A stretch of 64,000 nt of DNA from Eubacteriales bacterium (GCA_028702135.1 JAQVPJ010000001.1:94334-158333), one strand, 5' to 3'. Shown: positions 46,408-56,489, counted from the first letter of the stretch. Numbers and translations are program-made. The notes: generated by a model from the sequence alone, not told the origin.

Positions 46408-46655
46408 ATCGTCTCTTCTGGCAAGGGTTTTCTTACATATTTTATAAATCGTTCTTCTACAGCATTGAATCTTTGATAATTGATTTTCGATTGATTGAGA
46501 CTTAAATCATTAGCACCACCTAAATAATCAGGTTTTTCATTTTGTAATGGATCATTTCCCCAAAAACAAACCGGACAAATTTCTAATGTCGGATCCTCCG
46601 GGTTATGTTCCAAAGTTCGAAAGCCGCAGCAAAAACACTTATATTTCATCATCAA
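46404..46655 (-). CDS. CPCC-family cysteine-rich small protein
   Basis: 83 aa. Contains CFCCGFRTL...EICPVCFWGNDPLQ...GGANDLSL. Confidence 0.7.
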   Translation of the reverse strand: MMMKYKCFCCGFRTLEHNPEDPTLEICPVCFWGNDPLQNEKPDYLGGANDLSLNQSKINYQRFNAVEERFIKYVRKPLPEETI

Positions 46656-46804
46656 ACCTACTTATAATTTCTGACTTTATGATTAGAAACTATACTCTGA
46701 TCATTACTGTAAATGCTATCGGCTATGTCGCCATAAATTTTTGAGATTTTGTTTACCCGCCCGCAATTATTGTTTTTGCAAAATTTTTTCTGTTTTAACA
46801 ACAC

Positions 46805-47998
46805 TTAGAGCGAGCTTACGATTTCATCTGTATCACAGGCGATAACAAGTTCCTCGTTTGTCGGAATCACAAAGACCTTAACCCTTGAATCGTCGGCACT
46901 GATTAAACAGGGGTTTTTTTCGTTGTTTTTGGCTTTGTCAACCTTTATGCCGAAAAACTCCATATCGGAAAGTGAATCCTCACGCAAGCGTGGAGTGTTC
47001 TCACCGATACCGGCGGTAAATACGATGCAATCAAGACCACCCATTGCCGCAGTATATGAGCCGATATATTTTTTTATCTGATAGCATAATATATCATATG
47101 CAAGTCTTGCTCTGTCGTTGCCCTTGCCGATTGCCGCAGTTATCTCCCTCATATCGCTCGAAACGCCCGAAACGCCCAGAAAGCCGCACTTTTTGTTCAT
47201 CCAGCTGCCCATTTCGGAAACGGGAATACCCTCTTTTTCCATCAGAAACGGAATGATTGCGGGGTCAACGGCACCGCAACGCGAGCCCATGATAACACCC
47301 TCAAGCGGTGTAAATCCCATGCTTGTGTCTATGATCTTGCCGCCTTTTACGGCGGAAATAGACGATCCGTTTCCGAGGTGGCAGGTAACAATTCTCGTGT
47401 CCTCGGCCTTTTTCCCCAGCAGTTCTATCGCTTTGCCCGAGACATATCGGTGGGAGGTTCCGTGGAAGCCGTAGCGGCGAACCTTATATTTTTCATAAAG
47501 TTCATAGGGAATCGGATACATATAGGCGTAATCCGGCATTGTCTGGTGAAACGCGGTATCTATAACGAGTACCTGCGGCGTTTTTGGCATTACCTGCATA
47601 CAGCCTCTTATTCCGAGCAGATGTGGTACGGTATGGAGCGGTGCGATATCGCAGCATTTTTCAAGGTCGGCGATAACGGCGTCGTTTACAAGAACGCTTT
47701 TTGTCAGCCATGGTCCACCGTGCACAACCCTGTGACCCACGGCAGAAATCTGGCTCATATCGGAAATACAACCGTATTCCTTGTCAGTAAGACTATCGAC
47801 CAGCGCTGAAACCGCCTGCGCATGTGTGGGCATGGGGATACTCTTTTCTACCTTTTCCATGCCTGTGGTCTGATGCTTCAGTTTACCGTCAATTCCAATC
47901 CTTTCGCAGAGTCCTTTTGCCATAACAACTTTGTTTTCCATATCGAAAAGCTGATATTTCAGCGACGAGCTCCCCGCGTTTACAACTAAAACAAACAT
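46805..47998 (-). CDS. ackA: acetate kinase
   Basis: Track ORF starts at 48070. The ATG at 47998 (MFVLVVNAGSSSLKYQLF) has AAGGAG upstream. Contains HRVVHGG and GFHGTSH. Confidence 0.92.
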   Translation of the reverse strand: MFVLVVNAGSSSLKYQLFDMENKVVMAKGLCERIGIDGKLKHQTTGMEKVEKSIPMPTHAQAVSALVDSLTDKEYGCISDMSQISAVGHRVVHGGPWLTKSVLVNDAVIADLEKCCDIAPLHTVPHLLGIRGCMQVMPKTPQVLVIDTAFHQTMPDYAYMYPIPYELYEKYKVRRYGFHGTSHRYVSGKAIELLGKKAEDTRIVTCHLGNGSSISAVKGGKIIDTSMGFTPLEGVIMGSRCGAVDPAIIPFLMEKEGIPVSEMGSWMNKKCGFLGVSGVSSDMREITAAIGKGNDRARLAYDILCYQIKKYIGSYTAAMGGLDCIVFTAGIGENTPRLREDSLSDMEFFGIKVDKAKNNEKNPCLISADDSRVKVFVIPTNEELVIACDTDEIVSSL

Positions 47999-48168
47999 TT
48001 TTATCTCCTTTTGCGTGGTGTTGACTTTTTTCACAAAGTCCATTATACTACCCATATATACAAAAAGCAAGCAAATATCGCCTGTTTTTGCTATGTTTTC
48101 ACTATATTAATAAACAAATAAGTTTTTTGCTTTTTACTGAAAGGTTGGTTTTTCCGAAAGGCAGATAT

Positions 48169-49335
48169 ATGACAAAAAAGCGATATTCCGCTATTATTTG
48201 TGAGTACAATCCTTTTCATCACGGACATCTGTACCAAATAGAAGCTCTGAAAAAAGAATATGACGGCATTATTTGCATTATGAGCGGTAATCTCGTCCAG
48301 CGCGGTGAGGTTGCGGTTGCGGAAAAATATCTGCGGGCGAAAGCCGCGGTTATGTGCGGCGCAAACCTTGTCGTTGAGCTGCCTTTTCCGTTCTGTATGC
48401 TCTCTGCGCGTGATTTTGCCTCGGCAGGAGTATATATAGCTGCCATGTTAGGCGCGGATTCTCTCGCTTTTGGTTGTGAGGATGATTTTTCGCTTCTCAG
48501 CTCCATAGCTGAAAAAACCGGCAGCGGTGTTTTTGAAAAAAGCGTTGTCGAGTTGATAAAATCCAATAAAAACCTTTCGTATCCAAAGGCGAAGAAAGCC
48601 GCTGTGGAACAGATTTTCGGAGAAAAAGCCGCCGTTATAAAAAAACCGAACAACATTTTAGCCCTCGAGTACCTGTCTGCAATAAAAAACGGCGGATATG
48701 AAATAAAACCGCACCCGATAAAAAGAAACCAGTCGTTTTTATCCTCCTCGGCCATACGAAAAAGCGTTGATTTAGATGAGTTTTTATCTTTTTTGCCGGA
48801 AAGGAGCGCTGCAGTTTACGGCGCCGTCGGAGAAGGGGAGTTGCCCCGCCTGACCGAAAAAATGTCACAGTATATAATTGCGACCTTGCGGATGTTTAAA
48901 GTAAAAAGCTCCGGTTCGGATATGGATATTTATGGTACGCCGCCCGATTTGTTCAACAGCATTATGTCAACTTCGCTTTCCGTGTCTTCATTTTCCGAGC
49001 TTGTTCAGAAATGCCAGAACAACATATATACAGAGGCAAGAGTCCGCAGAAGCGTGCTATCCGCTGTTTTTGGCGTAACCGCATCCGACGCATTATGTAA
49101 ACCTAACTATGCTCTTTTGCTCACAGCGGATTCTACAGGATGCGATTTTTTGAGAAACCGTAAGGATAAAATCGCTCTGCCTGTGATAACAAAACCCTCT
49201 CACATCAATAGACAACCGGCTGCGGTTGCCCGTGCTTTTATGCGAGAGTGCTGCATAGACAATGTAATCTCCCTGTTTACACCCGGGGAAAGAGCGGATA
49301 AGCCGTTTTGTAAAACGCCTTTTATACTGCAATAA
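48169..49335 (+). CDS. tmcAL: tRNA(Met) cytidine acetate ligase (YlbM/UPF0348 nucleotidyltransferase)
   Basis: Track ORF starts at 48088. The ATG at 48169 gives MTKKRYSAIICEYNPFHHGHLYQ, which aligns with the B. subtilis YlbM N-terminus. Confidence 0.8.
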   Translation: MTKKRYSAIICEYNPFHHGHLYQIEALKKEYDGIICIMSGNLVQRGEVAVAEKYLRAKAAVMCGANLVVELPFPFCMLSARDFASAGVYIAAMLGADSLAFGCEDDFSLLSSIAEKTGSGVFEKSVVELIKSNKNLSYPKAKKAAVEQIFGEKAAVIKKPNNILALEYLSAIKNGGYEIKPHPIKRNQSFLSSSAIRKSVDLDEFLSFLPERSAAVYGAVGEGELPRLTEKMSQYIIATLRMFKVKSSGSDMDIYGTPPDLFNSIMSTSLSVSSFSELVQKCQNNIYTEARVRRSVLSAVFGVTASDALCKPNYALLLTADSTGCDFLRNRKDKIALPVITKPSHINRQPAAVARAFMRECCIDNVISLFTPGERADKPFCKTPFILQ

Positions 49336-49372
49336 CGCAAAGATTTTTATAACACAAAGAGGAAATGCGATT

Positions 49373-50311
49373 ATGCAAAAGCACTTATTCATCATCAATC
49401 CCGTAGCCGGAAAAAAAGATCGCTCGGGCATAATTAGAAAAGCAGTGGAACGCCTGCTCCTTACAGATCCTTATGAGATTGTAATAACAAGCTGCGTCAG
49501 GGATGCCACTGAGATTGTAAAAAACCATCTTGCATCAGCTTCTAAGGATTGTTTCCTGCGTATATATTCCTGCGGCGGCGACGGCACTTTGTGTGAGATA
49601 ATAGACGGTGTCTATCGCTCCGAAAACAAAAACTGCGCTGTAGGCGTCGTTCCTATAGGCTCGGGAAATGATTTTGTAAAATATTTTTCAGATATTCCGG
49701 CGGAAAAATTCCGTTCGCTGGCCGATATGGTCAGGGGCAAAACCGAAAACTGTGATATTCTCTCAGTCAAAGACAGCGCAAGCGATAACAACAGGGTAAG
49801 CATAAACATAGTTTCAGCGGGCTTTGATGCTGCAGTCGCCAAGGGAATGGGTAAATACAAGCGATTGCCTTTTATAAACGGAAGCGGTGCTTATAGTCTG
49901 TCCGTTATAGAATGTTTTATTTCAAAGATGAAGCACAGCTTTACGCTTATTGCGGACGGAGCCGAGATAAAGGATGACAATAACGAATATTTGTTTACGA
50001 TAGCGGCAAACGGGAGTTATTACGGCGGTGGCTTCAAAGCCTCGCCAATAAGCGATATCCGTGACGGTATGCTTGACTTTATCCGGATAAAACCAGTTTC
50101 GCGCCTGACTTTTGCCACCTTGATAGGGGCATTTAAAAGGGGAGAGCACCTTTCGAAAATGGGGAAGTTCGTTACACATATGCGTTGCAGGGAACTGGCT
50201 ATTCTCGCAGATGAAAAGATAGATGTTAACATCGACGGCGAGATTGTACCTATGACAAACCCGGTCATATCCGTTTTGCCGGAAGAGATCAAGCTGATTC
50301 TGCCTGAATAA
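49373..50311 (+). CDS. diacylglycerol/lipid kinase family protein (YegS/DagK-like)
   Basis: Contains FIINPVAGK, GGDGT, GSGNDF. Confidence 0.85.
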   Translation: MQKHLFIINPVAGKKDRSGIIRKAVERLLLTDPYEIVITSCVRDATEIVKNHLASASKDCFLRIYSCGGDGTLCEIIDGVYRSENKNCAVGVVPIGSGNDFVKYFSDIPAEKFRSLADMVRGKTENCDILSVKDSASDNNRVSINIVSAGFDAAVAKGMGKYKRLPFINGSGAYSLSVIECFISKMKHSFTLIADGAEIKDDNNEYLFTIAANGSYYGGGFKASPISDIRDGMLDFIRIKPVSRLTFATLIGAFKRGEHLSKMGKFVTHMRCRELAILADEKIDVNIDGEIVPMTNPVISVLPEEIKLILPE

Positions 50312-50328
50312 CAAAACGCAGAAAAAAC

Positions 50329-50365
50329 ACTTGCACAGGGAGTACCCGTGCAAGTCTTTTTTTTT
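50329..50365. terminator. bidirectional terminator between the lipid kinase gene and tpiA
   Basis: ACTTGCACaGGG-agta-CCCGTGCAAGT followed by T9. Confidence 0.8.
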
Positions 50366-50394
50366 GAGACATTCTCAGTAAATATACTTTGTAG

Positions 50395-51168
50395 TTACTG
50401 TGCTGCTTCGATGATAACAGCGAAGTCCTCTGCTTTTAGCGATGCGCCGCCTATAAGCCCGCCGTCCACATTGACCATCGAGAGCAGTTCTTTTGCGTTC
50501 TTGGCGTTCATAGACCCGCCGTACTGTATTGTTGTGGCCTGAGCGACTTTATCGGAGTAAAGGCTCGCAATAACGTTCCTTATGATGCCGCATACCTCGT
50601 CCGCCTGCTCACAGGTAGCCGTTTTGCCCGTTCCGATAGCCCATACCGGCTCGTAAGCGATGATGATATCGGACATTTGATTTTCGTTTATTCCCATAAG
50701 TGCGATTTTCGTCTGCAGGGATACTATTTCCGAGGTAATGCCCTGTTCGCGCTGTTCAAGCAGCTCGCCAACGCATAATATAACCTTAAGTCCTGCTTCA
50801 AGCGCTGCTTTTACTCTCTGATTTACGGTTACGTCCGTTTCACCGAAATACTGTCTTCTCTCGCTGTGTCCGATAATAACGTATTCAACGCCGCAGGCTT
50901 TAAGCATATCGGCGCTTATCTCGCCGGTAAACGCGCCGGATTTTGCCCAGTGGCAGTTTTCCGCGCCGATTTTGACAACGCTACCCGCCGCTGCTTTTAC
51001 CGCCGCATCGATATCCACATAGGGTACACAGGCTACGATTTCACATCCGGAGGTTGATTTTCCCGAAACGGCGGTTAAAATCTCTCCGATAAGCTGCTCT
51101 GCCTCTGACGGTGTTTTGTTCATCTTCCAGTTGCCTGCGATTACTGTTCTTCTTGTTGTTTTGTTCAT
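50395..51168 (-). CDS. tpiA: triose-phosphate isomerase
   Basis: Contains AGNWKMN, IGHSERR, AYEPVWAIGTG. Confidence 0.95.
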   Translation of the reverse strand: MNKTTRRTVIAGNWKMNKTPSEAEQLIGEILTAVSGKSTSGCEIVACVPYVDIDAAVKAAAGSVVKIGAENCHWAKSGAFTGEISADMLKACGVEYVIIGHSERRQYFGETDVTVNQRVKAALEAGLKVILCVGELLEQREQGITSEIVSLQTKIALMGINENQMSDIIIAYEPVWAIGTGKTATCEQADEVCGIIRNVIASLYSDKVAQATTIQYGGSMNAKNAKELLSMVNVDGGLIGGASLKAEDFAVIIEAAQ

Positions 51169-51210
51169 TGTATATATGACCTTTCTTTTGTATGGAATAC
51201 AGTCTTGTCG

Positions 51211-52401
51211 TTAATTTTTCTCGTTTAAGCAGGCAATTCCGGGAAGCTCGAGCCCCTCAAGGAACTCCAGAGATGCTCCGCCGCCTGTGGAAATATGCGT
51301 GATTTTATCCGCGAACCCGAACTTCTCGACAGCTGCGGCACTGTCACCGCCGCCTATAATGGAGATCGCGCCGCTTTCCGCAACCGCTTGTGCAACCGCT
51401 TTCGTACCATTTGCAAAATTGTCAAACTCGAAAACACCCATCGGTCCGTTCCACACTATCGTTCCTGCGCCCTTCAGGGCATCCGAAAAGGCTTTTATTG
51501 TTTTAGGACCTATATCGAGGCCCATCCAGTCGTCGGGTATATCGTTTGTGTTATAGATAGCCTGTTCTGCTTCATTTGCAAACTCCTTTGCACAGACCGT
51601 ATCTATCGGAAGCAGGAAGTTTACACCATTTTTCTTTGCTTTTTCGAGCAAATCCTTTGCCATATCGAGCTTATCAAGCTCACACAGGGATTTTCCGATA
51701 TTGCCCCCTGTTGCTTTTTCAAAGGTATAAGCCATACCTCCGCCCACAATAATAGTATCAACCTTCTCGAGCAGGTTGTTGATAACGCCGATCTTGTCAG
51801 AAACCTTTGCCCCGCCCAAAATAGCGACAAAAGGACGCTTTGGGTCAGATAGTGCTTTTCCCATAACAGCGATTTCCTTTTGAATCAGATAACCGCAGAC
51901 GGCGGGAAGATAATCCGCAACTCCGGCGGTTGAAGCGTGCGCCCTGTGTGCCGTTCCGAAAGCGTCGTTTACATAGATCTCCGCAAGAGAGGCGAGCTCT
52001 TTTGAAAAATCGGGATCGTTTTTCTCCTCCTCCTTGTGGAATCTGACGTTTTCAAGAAGCAGTATTTCGCCGCTTTTAAGCGCCGCTGCTTTTGATTTTG
52101 CATCTTCGCCGATTACATCAGCTGCAAGCGTCACCTTTACACCGAGAAGCTCGGCAAGTCTTCCCGCTACCGGCTCAAGAGTATATTTCATATTGAATTC
52201 GCCCTTGGGTCTACCCATATGCGAACATAAAATAATCTTTGCTTTTTTTGAAAGCAGATGCTTTATAGTCGGCAACGCGCCGACGATTCTGTTGTCGTCT
52301 GTGATTTTGCCGTCCTCGAGCGGCACATTAAAATCACATCTAACCAGAACTTTCTTACCCGTAACATCGATATCCTCGATGCCTTTTTTGTTATACGTCA
52401 T
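51211..52401 (-). CDS. pgk: phosphoglycerate kinase
   Basis: Contains RCDFNVP, SHMGRP, GGGDS, and the [12 protein letters not shown]-terminus. Confidence 0.95.
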   Translation of the reverse strand: MTYNKKGIEDIDVTGKKVLVRCDFNVPLEDGKITDDNRIVGALPTIKHLLSKKAKIILCSHMGRPKGEFNMKYTLEPVAGRLAELLGVKVTLAADVIGEDAKSKAAALKSGEILLLENVRFHKEEEKNDPDFSKELASLAEIYVNDAFGTAHRAHASTAGVADYLPAVCGYLIQKEIAVMGKALSDPKRPFVAILGGAKVSDKIGVINNLLEKVDTIIVGGGMAYTFEKATGGNIGKSLCELDKLDMAKDLLEKAKKNGVNFLLPIDTVCAKEFANEAEQAIYNTNDIPDDWMGLDIGPKTIKAFSDALKGAGTIVWNGPMGVFEFDNFANGTKAVAQAVAESGAISIIGGGDSAAAVEKFGFADKITHISTGGGASLEFLEGLELPGIACLNEKN

Positions 52402-52542
52402 AAAAACATATCCCTTCCCGGCGTTTTACGCCGATTGCGGTTTTTCTCTGACCCGCTGTTGAGTATTATACAAAATTTCAAATTATTTTAGCATAAAGAC
52501 ATTTCAAAATCAATACTTTTTATATTATTTCCAAAACCGCCG

Positions 52543-53997
52543 TTACTTGAACTTTTCTTGTGAAAACTTTGTAAAGCCGGGTAATTTATCGGAAATAGGT
52601 CTGTCGATAACACCATTTTCCGCAATCGCTCCGATAATCAGATTTGTTGAAATATCCGCCACCGTGCTCATCGCGCTTCCGTACAGCGCCGCCATGTCAA
52701 AATGCTTTGTGTCCATAACCGTTTCGAGCAGAACAGTCGAGGTGTTGTTCTGAAAAAACAGATTTACATACTTGTCATACACCGCTTTTTTTATAGCTCC
52801 GCCCGAAGCGGCACAGAAGGCATTGAGCATAGTGATGCTTTTCTGCGGGTCGGAAACATTAGAGGGTATTGAAATCGCATATGCGTTCACATCGATAAAG
52901 GAACAGAATTTTTTCTGTTGAACGTTTAGCTTGGGAAGGGGAAGCAAGCCCCATTCCCTTTGGTATCTCGTGTTTTCCGAATTCGGTGTCGGTTCCATCG
53001 CCTCGGTCAATTCCGCAGAAAATTGCAGTGTTCCGATAAAAAAGGCGAGCCTGCCCTCTAAAAACGCTTTTTTTACATTTGTTCCGGCAAGGGGATAAAG
53101 ACTTTTGCTTGTATATATACTCTCAAGATTATCAAGCTTTTCCTTCACTCCTGTAAGATCATCCGTCAGCTTAACCTCGTTTTTATAGGTGTCTTTAAAC
53201 ATCGGAATTCCGCCGCTCTCCCACATAGCCAGCGGCAGCTCCCTGTCGTTGTCATATGCACCGAATCCGAAAATATCTGTCGCAAGGTCCGGAGAGCCTT
53301 TATTCATCACTTTTTCGGCTATCGTTTCCGAATAAAAAAGAAACTTCTCCCATGTCCATTCTCCCGTAGCTGCAAGCATTGCGGGATCGGTAAGACCTCG
53401 ATCTGTTATAAGCTTTTTATCATAAAAAACCACCCAGCTCTGCTCGTAATACTGTGTCGTGCTGTCGTAAAGCATATAAAGAGAATTGTTGGTTGTTATG
53501 CTTTTTGCGCTCTCTGTATCAATATACTCGGCGTTTATATCAAAATGCGGCGAGGATAATAGGTTTAATAAAAATCCCTGATCCGCAAGCGAGACGGTCG
53601 TGCTTCCGGGGAAGCAGAGCATATCGGCGAATTGCATTCCGGCTGTTTCTGCGTCTTTCATATATTCCGATATTTTACCCGCAGAAACGCTTTTTGTGTC
53701 AATGTTTATGCCGTATTTATTTATTATCAGTCTGTTCCTTTCGTAAACCGCCGTCTTTACAATGCTTTCGCTGTCCTCCTCGGAAGAAAACAGCGGCTTT
53801 CTATCCTCCGGAACGGCTATAATAAAGTCCGTCCCTTCATACGCGGGCGATTCCGGCAGTTCTGTAACCCGCTCCTCCTCGATGTTCTTTTCCGAAGTCT
53901 CCGCATTTGAAATCCCGGAAACATTCTCGCAGGAAACAAGCATGGTGAGCAGTATTGCACCGCAAAGTAAAGTAACTGTTATTTTTTTATAACTCAT
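52543..53997 (-). CDS. ABC-transporter extracellular solute-binding lipoprotein (sugar type)
   Basis: Track ORF starts at 54075 by reading through the parS sites. The ATG at 53997 gives MSYKKITVTLLCGAILLTMLVSC, a lipobox signal. Confidence 0.7.
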   Translation of the reverse strand: MSYKKITVTLLCGAILLTMLVSCENVSGISNAETSEKNIEEERVTELPESPAYEGTDFIIAVPEDRKPLFSSEEDSESIVKTAVYERNRLIINKYGINIDTKSVSAGKISEYMKDAETAGMQFADMLCFPGSTTVSLADQGFLLNLLSSPHFDINAEYIDTESAKSITTNNSLYMLYDSTTQYYEQSWVVFYDKKLITDRGLTDPAMLAATGEWTWEKFLFYSETIAEKVMNKGSPDLATDIFGFGAYDNDRELPLAMWESGGIPMFKDTYKNEVKLTDDLTGVKEKLDNLESIYTSKSLYPLAGTNVKKAFLEGRLAFFIGTLQFSAELTEAMEPTPNSENTRYQREWGLLPLPKLNVQQKKFCSFIDVNAYAISIPSNVSDPQKSITMLNAFCAASGGAIKKAVYDKYVNLFFQNNTSTVLLETVMDTKHFDMAALYGSAMSTVADISTNLIIGAIAENGVIDRPISDKLPGFTKFSQEKFK

Positions 53998-54019
53998 ACG
54001 ACCGACCTCCCGTCGCGGA

Positions 54020-54035
54020 TGTTTCACGTGAAACA
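54020..54035. other. parS site (ParB/Spo0J binding site), perfect consensus
   Basis: TGTTTCACGTGAAACA, a 16-bp perfect palindrome matching the Firmicute parS consensus TGTTNCACGTGAAACA. Confidence 0.85.
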
Positions 54036-54058
54036 ACAACACTAATGTTGTGATAAAA

Positions 54059-54074
54059 TGTTTCACGTGAAACA
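54059..54074. other. parS site, second copy
   Basis: TGTTTCACGTGAAACA; the palindrome extends to 18 bp (ATGTTTCACGTGAAACAT, 54058-54075). Confidence 0.85.
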
Positions 54075-54229
54075 TTCAGTAATGCTGTCTTATGATGGTC
54101 ATTTTAAACGCTTTATTGCAATTATTCAATAATAAAATGTAACAATTACCTTTTGCAGAGATTTCTTCTTGCGTTTTACTTGACGCGATGTTATAATTGC
54201 CTGATTAAATAAAAAAAGGTGATTTCCGA

Positions 54230-54892
54230 ATGCCCTGTCCTGTTTGTACCGATACTGTCAAATATATATACGTTGCTTTCCTTACCACGCCGACAAAAAT
54301 CGGTAAGGCTATACGGAAGTTTACAAAAAACAAATACAGCCATGTCGTTCTGTCATTTAACGAGGACCTCAGAACTATGTATTCCTTTGCCCGTTACAAT
54401 GTTAACAGCCCGTTAGTCGCCGGATTTGTTGAGGAATCTGCGTTGAGGTATTATTATTTTAAGCAAAAGGATATCCCTGTAAAAATATGTAAAATCCCGC
54501 TTACTCCGCAAAAGCACACGGAAGTTCTCGATTATATCTCGTCTGTCAGGAATAATTCGGAACAATATGTATACAATTTATTCGCTCTCGCCGCCGCTTC
54601 GATACATAAAAAGGTACAGATAGAAAAATCCTACACCTGCCTTGAGTTCGTTTACAGCGTGCTTTACAGCTGCAAAATCGAAACAAGCATTGATATAAAC
54701 AGCTATTATTCAATCGTCGATTTGGAAAATGCTCTTTCAAAGTATGTCGTATACGAGGGAAATTTCCTTACTCTGACGTCTTCTCTGAACTGGGGAAACG
54801 ATTTGTTCTATTACAGAAAGAGCGTGAGAAAGGTAATAACCGGTTCGTTAAGACAATGTGGCACGCTGATAAAGCGTTCATTTATAAGTTGA
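54230..54892 (+). CDS. hypothetical protein, possibly a permuted papain-like (YiiX/YaeF-type) hydrolase
   Basis: 220 aa. His context KYSHVVLSF precedes Cys context SYTCLEFV, the order seen in permuted NlpC/P60-like enzymes. Confidence 0.4.
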   Translation: MPCPVCTDTVKYIYVAFLTTPTKIGKAIRKFTKNKYSHVVLSFNEDLRTMYSFARYNVNSPLVAGFVEESALRYYYFKQKDIPVKICKIPLTPQKHTEVLDYISSVRNNSEQYVYNLFALAAASIHKKVQIEKSYTCLEFVYSVLYSCKIETSIDINSYYSIVDLENALSKYVVYEGNFLTLTSSLNWGNDLFYYRKSVRKVITGSLRQCGTLIKRSFIS

Positions 54893-54963
54893 TTTGCCTG
54901 TATGACAAAAAACGGCAAAAAACCGGACGTATTGCTTGCGTTTTGCAATACGCCCTTTTTTCA

Positions 54964-56397
54964 TTAATACGCTTTTGCCCAAACGACAAGATGTTTTGCC
55001 GGTTTTCCGCAGCATACGCATTTGCCGGCTGCTTTTTCTTCCTCCAAAATACAGCGTGAACCGACTCCGGTCTTTTCCTTAACCCCGTCCTCGCACTCCT
55101 CTTCACCGCACCACATCGCCTTTACGAAGCCGTCTCCGTTTTTACTGAGAGTTTCGATGATTTCATCGGTGTTGGTGCAGAAGTAGATCCGGTTCTCGCG
55201 ATTTTTAAGAGCGTTCTGATACAATCCGCAATGAACCTCCTGAAGCTTTTTCGAGACCATTTCGGTGATGTTTACAAGAGGGACTGTCTCTTTTTGTCTA
55301 TTGTGCCTGGTGACGATTACGCACTGACCTGCCTCTATGTCCTTTGGTCCTATCTCGATTCTGATCGGCACGCCTTTCATCTCATACTCCGAGAACTTCC
55401 AGCCGGCGGAATTATCGGAATCGTCAAGCTTTATTCTAAAGTTATTTTCAAGTGCCGCTTTGATCTCCCGGCACTTTTCGAGAACACCCTGCTTGTGCTG
55501 TGCTATCGGTATGATTACCGCCTGAATCGGAGCTACGGCAGGGGGAAGGACAAGCCCGTTGTCGTCACCGTGCGTCATTATAATCGCACCTATAAGCCGT
55601 GTTGTTACTCCCCAGGAGGTCTGATGGGGATATACCTTCTTATTTTCTTTGTTGGTATACATAATGTCGAACGCTTTTGCGAACCCGTCGCCGAAATAAT
55701 GACTTGTACCCGCCTGAAGGGCTTTTCCGTCGTGCATAAGCGCTTCTATCGCATAAGTTGCCTCCGCACCTGCGAATTTGTCGTTTTCCGTTTTTCTGCC
55801 CTTAATTACAGGCATTGCCAGGCTTTCGGTGCAGAAATCTGCATATAAATCAAGCATCCTCTTCGTTTCCTCAACGGCTTCCTCGGCAGTGGCGTGAATG
55901 GTGTGCCCCTCCTGCCACAAAAACTCTCTGGAACGAAGGAAAGGACGTGTTGTTTTCTCCCAGCGAACAACGCTTACCCATTGATTATAAAGCTTCGGCA
56001 GGTCGCGGTAGGAATGAACGATATTTGCATAATGCTCGCAAAAAAGAGTCTCGCTTGTAGGGCGGACGCAAAGTCTGTCCTCTAAAATCTCGTTGCCTCC
56101 CATTGTAACCCACGCAACCTCGGGAGCAAATCCCTCGACATGGTCCTTCTCCTTTTGAAGCAGGCTTTCCGGTATGAACATAGGCATACAGACGTTCTCG
56201 TGCCCAGTATCCTTGAACATCTTATCGAGAATTTTTTGTATATTCTCCCAAATTGCAAAACCATAGGGGCGTATTACCATGCACCCCTTTACGCTCGTGT
56301 ATTCTATCAGCTCTGCTTTTTTTACGATGTCCGTATACCATTTGGCAAAGTCCTCTTCCATTGAGGTTATTTCCTCAACGAGCTTCTTTTCAGCCAA
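54964..56397 (-). CDS. proS: proline--tRNA ligase (archaeal/eukaryote-like short type)
   Basis: 477 aa. Contains [21 protein letters not shown], and a C-terminal Zn-binding Cys cluster. Confidence 0.93.
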   Translation of the reverse strand: MAEKKLVEEITSMEEDFAKWYTDIVKKAELIEYTSVKGCMVIRPYGFAIWENIQKILDKMFKDTGHENVCMPMFIPESLLQKEKDHVEGFAPEVAWVTMGGNEILEDRLCVRPTSETLFCEHYANIVHSYRDLPKLYNQWVSVVRWEKTTRPFLRSREFLWQEGHTIHATAEEAVEETKRMLDLYADFCTESLAMPVIKGRKTENDKFAGAEATYAIEALMHDGKALQAGTSHYFGDGFAKAFDIMYTNKENKKVYPHQTSWGVTTRLIGAIIMTHGDDNGLVLPPAVAPIQAVIIPIAQHKQGVLEKCREIKAALENNFRIKLDDSDNSAGWKFSEYEMKGVPIRIEIGPKDIEAGQCVIVTRHNRQKETVPLVNITEMVSKKLQEVHCGLYQNALKNRENRIYFCTNTDEIIETLSKNGDGFVKAMWCGEEECEDGVKEKTGVGSRCILEEEKAAGKCVCCGKPAKHLVVWAKAY

Positions 56398-56489
56398 AAA
56401 TCGTCACTCCTTCCATATTTTTTAATCAATTTTTCTTTTATCTGTATTGAAATGTCTTGTATTTCGTGTATAATGGTTAGTATTGAGAA

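Noticed and set aside
53998-54075. N-terminal extension MFHVKHFITTLVLLFHVKHPRREVGR of the solute-binding protein ORF
   Set aside because: The repeated FHVKH is simply the translation of the two parS palindromes. The real start is the Met at 53997, which is followed by a lipoprotein signal peptide.
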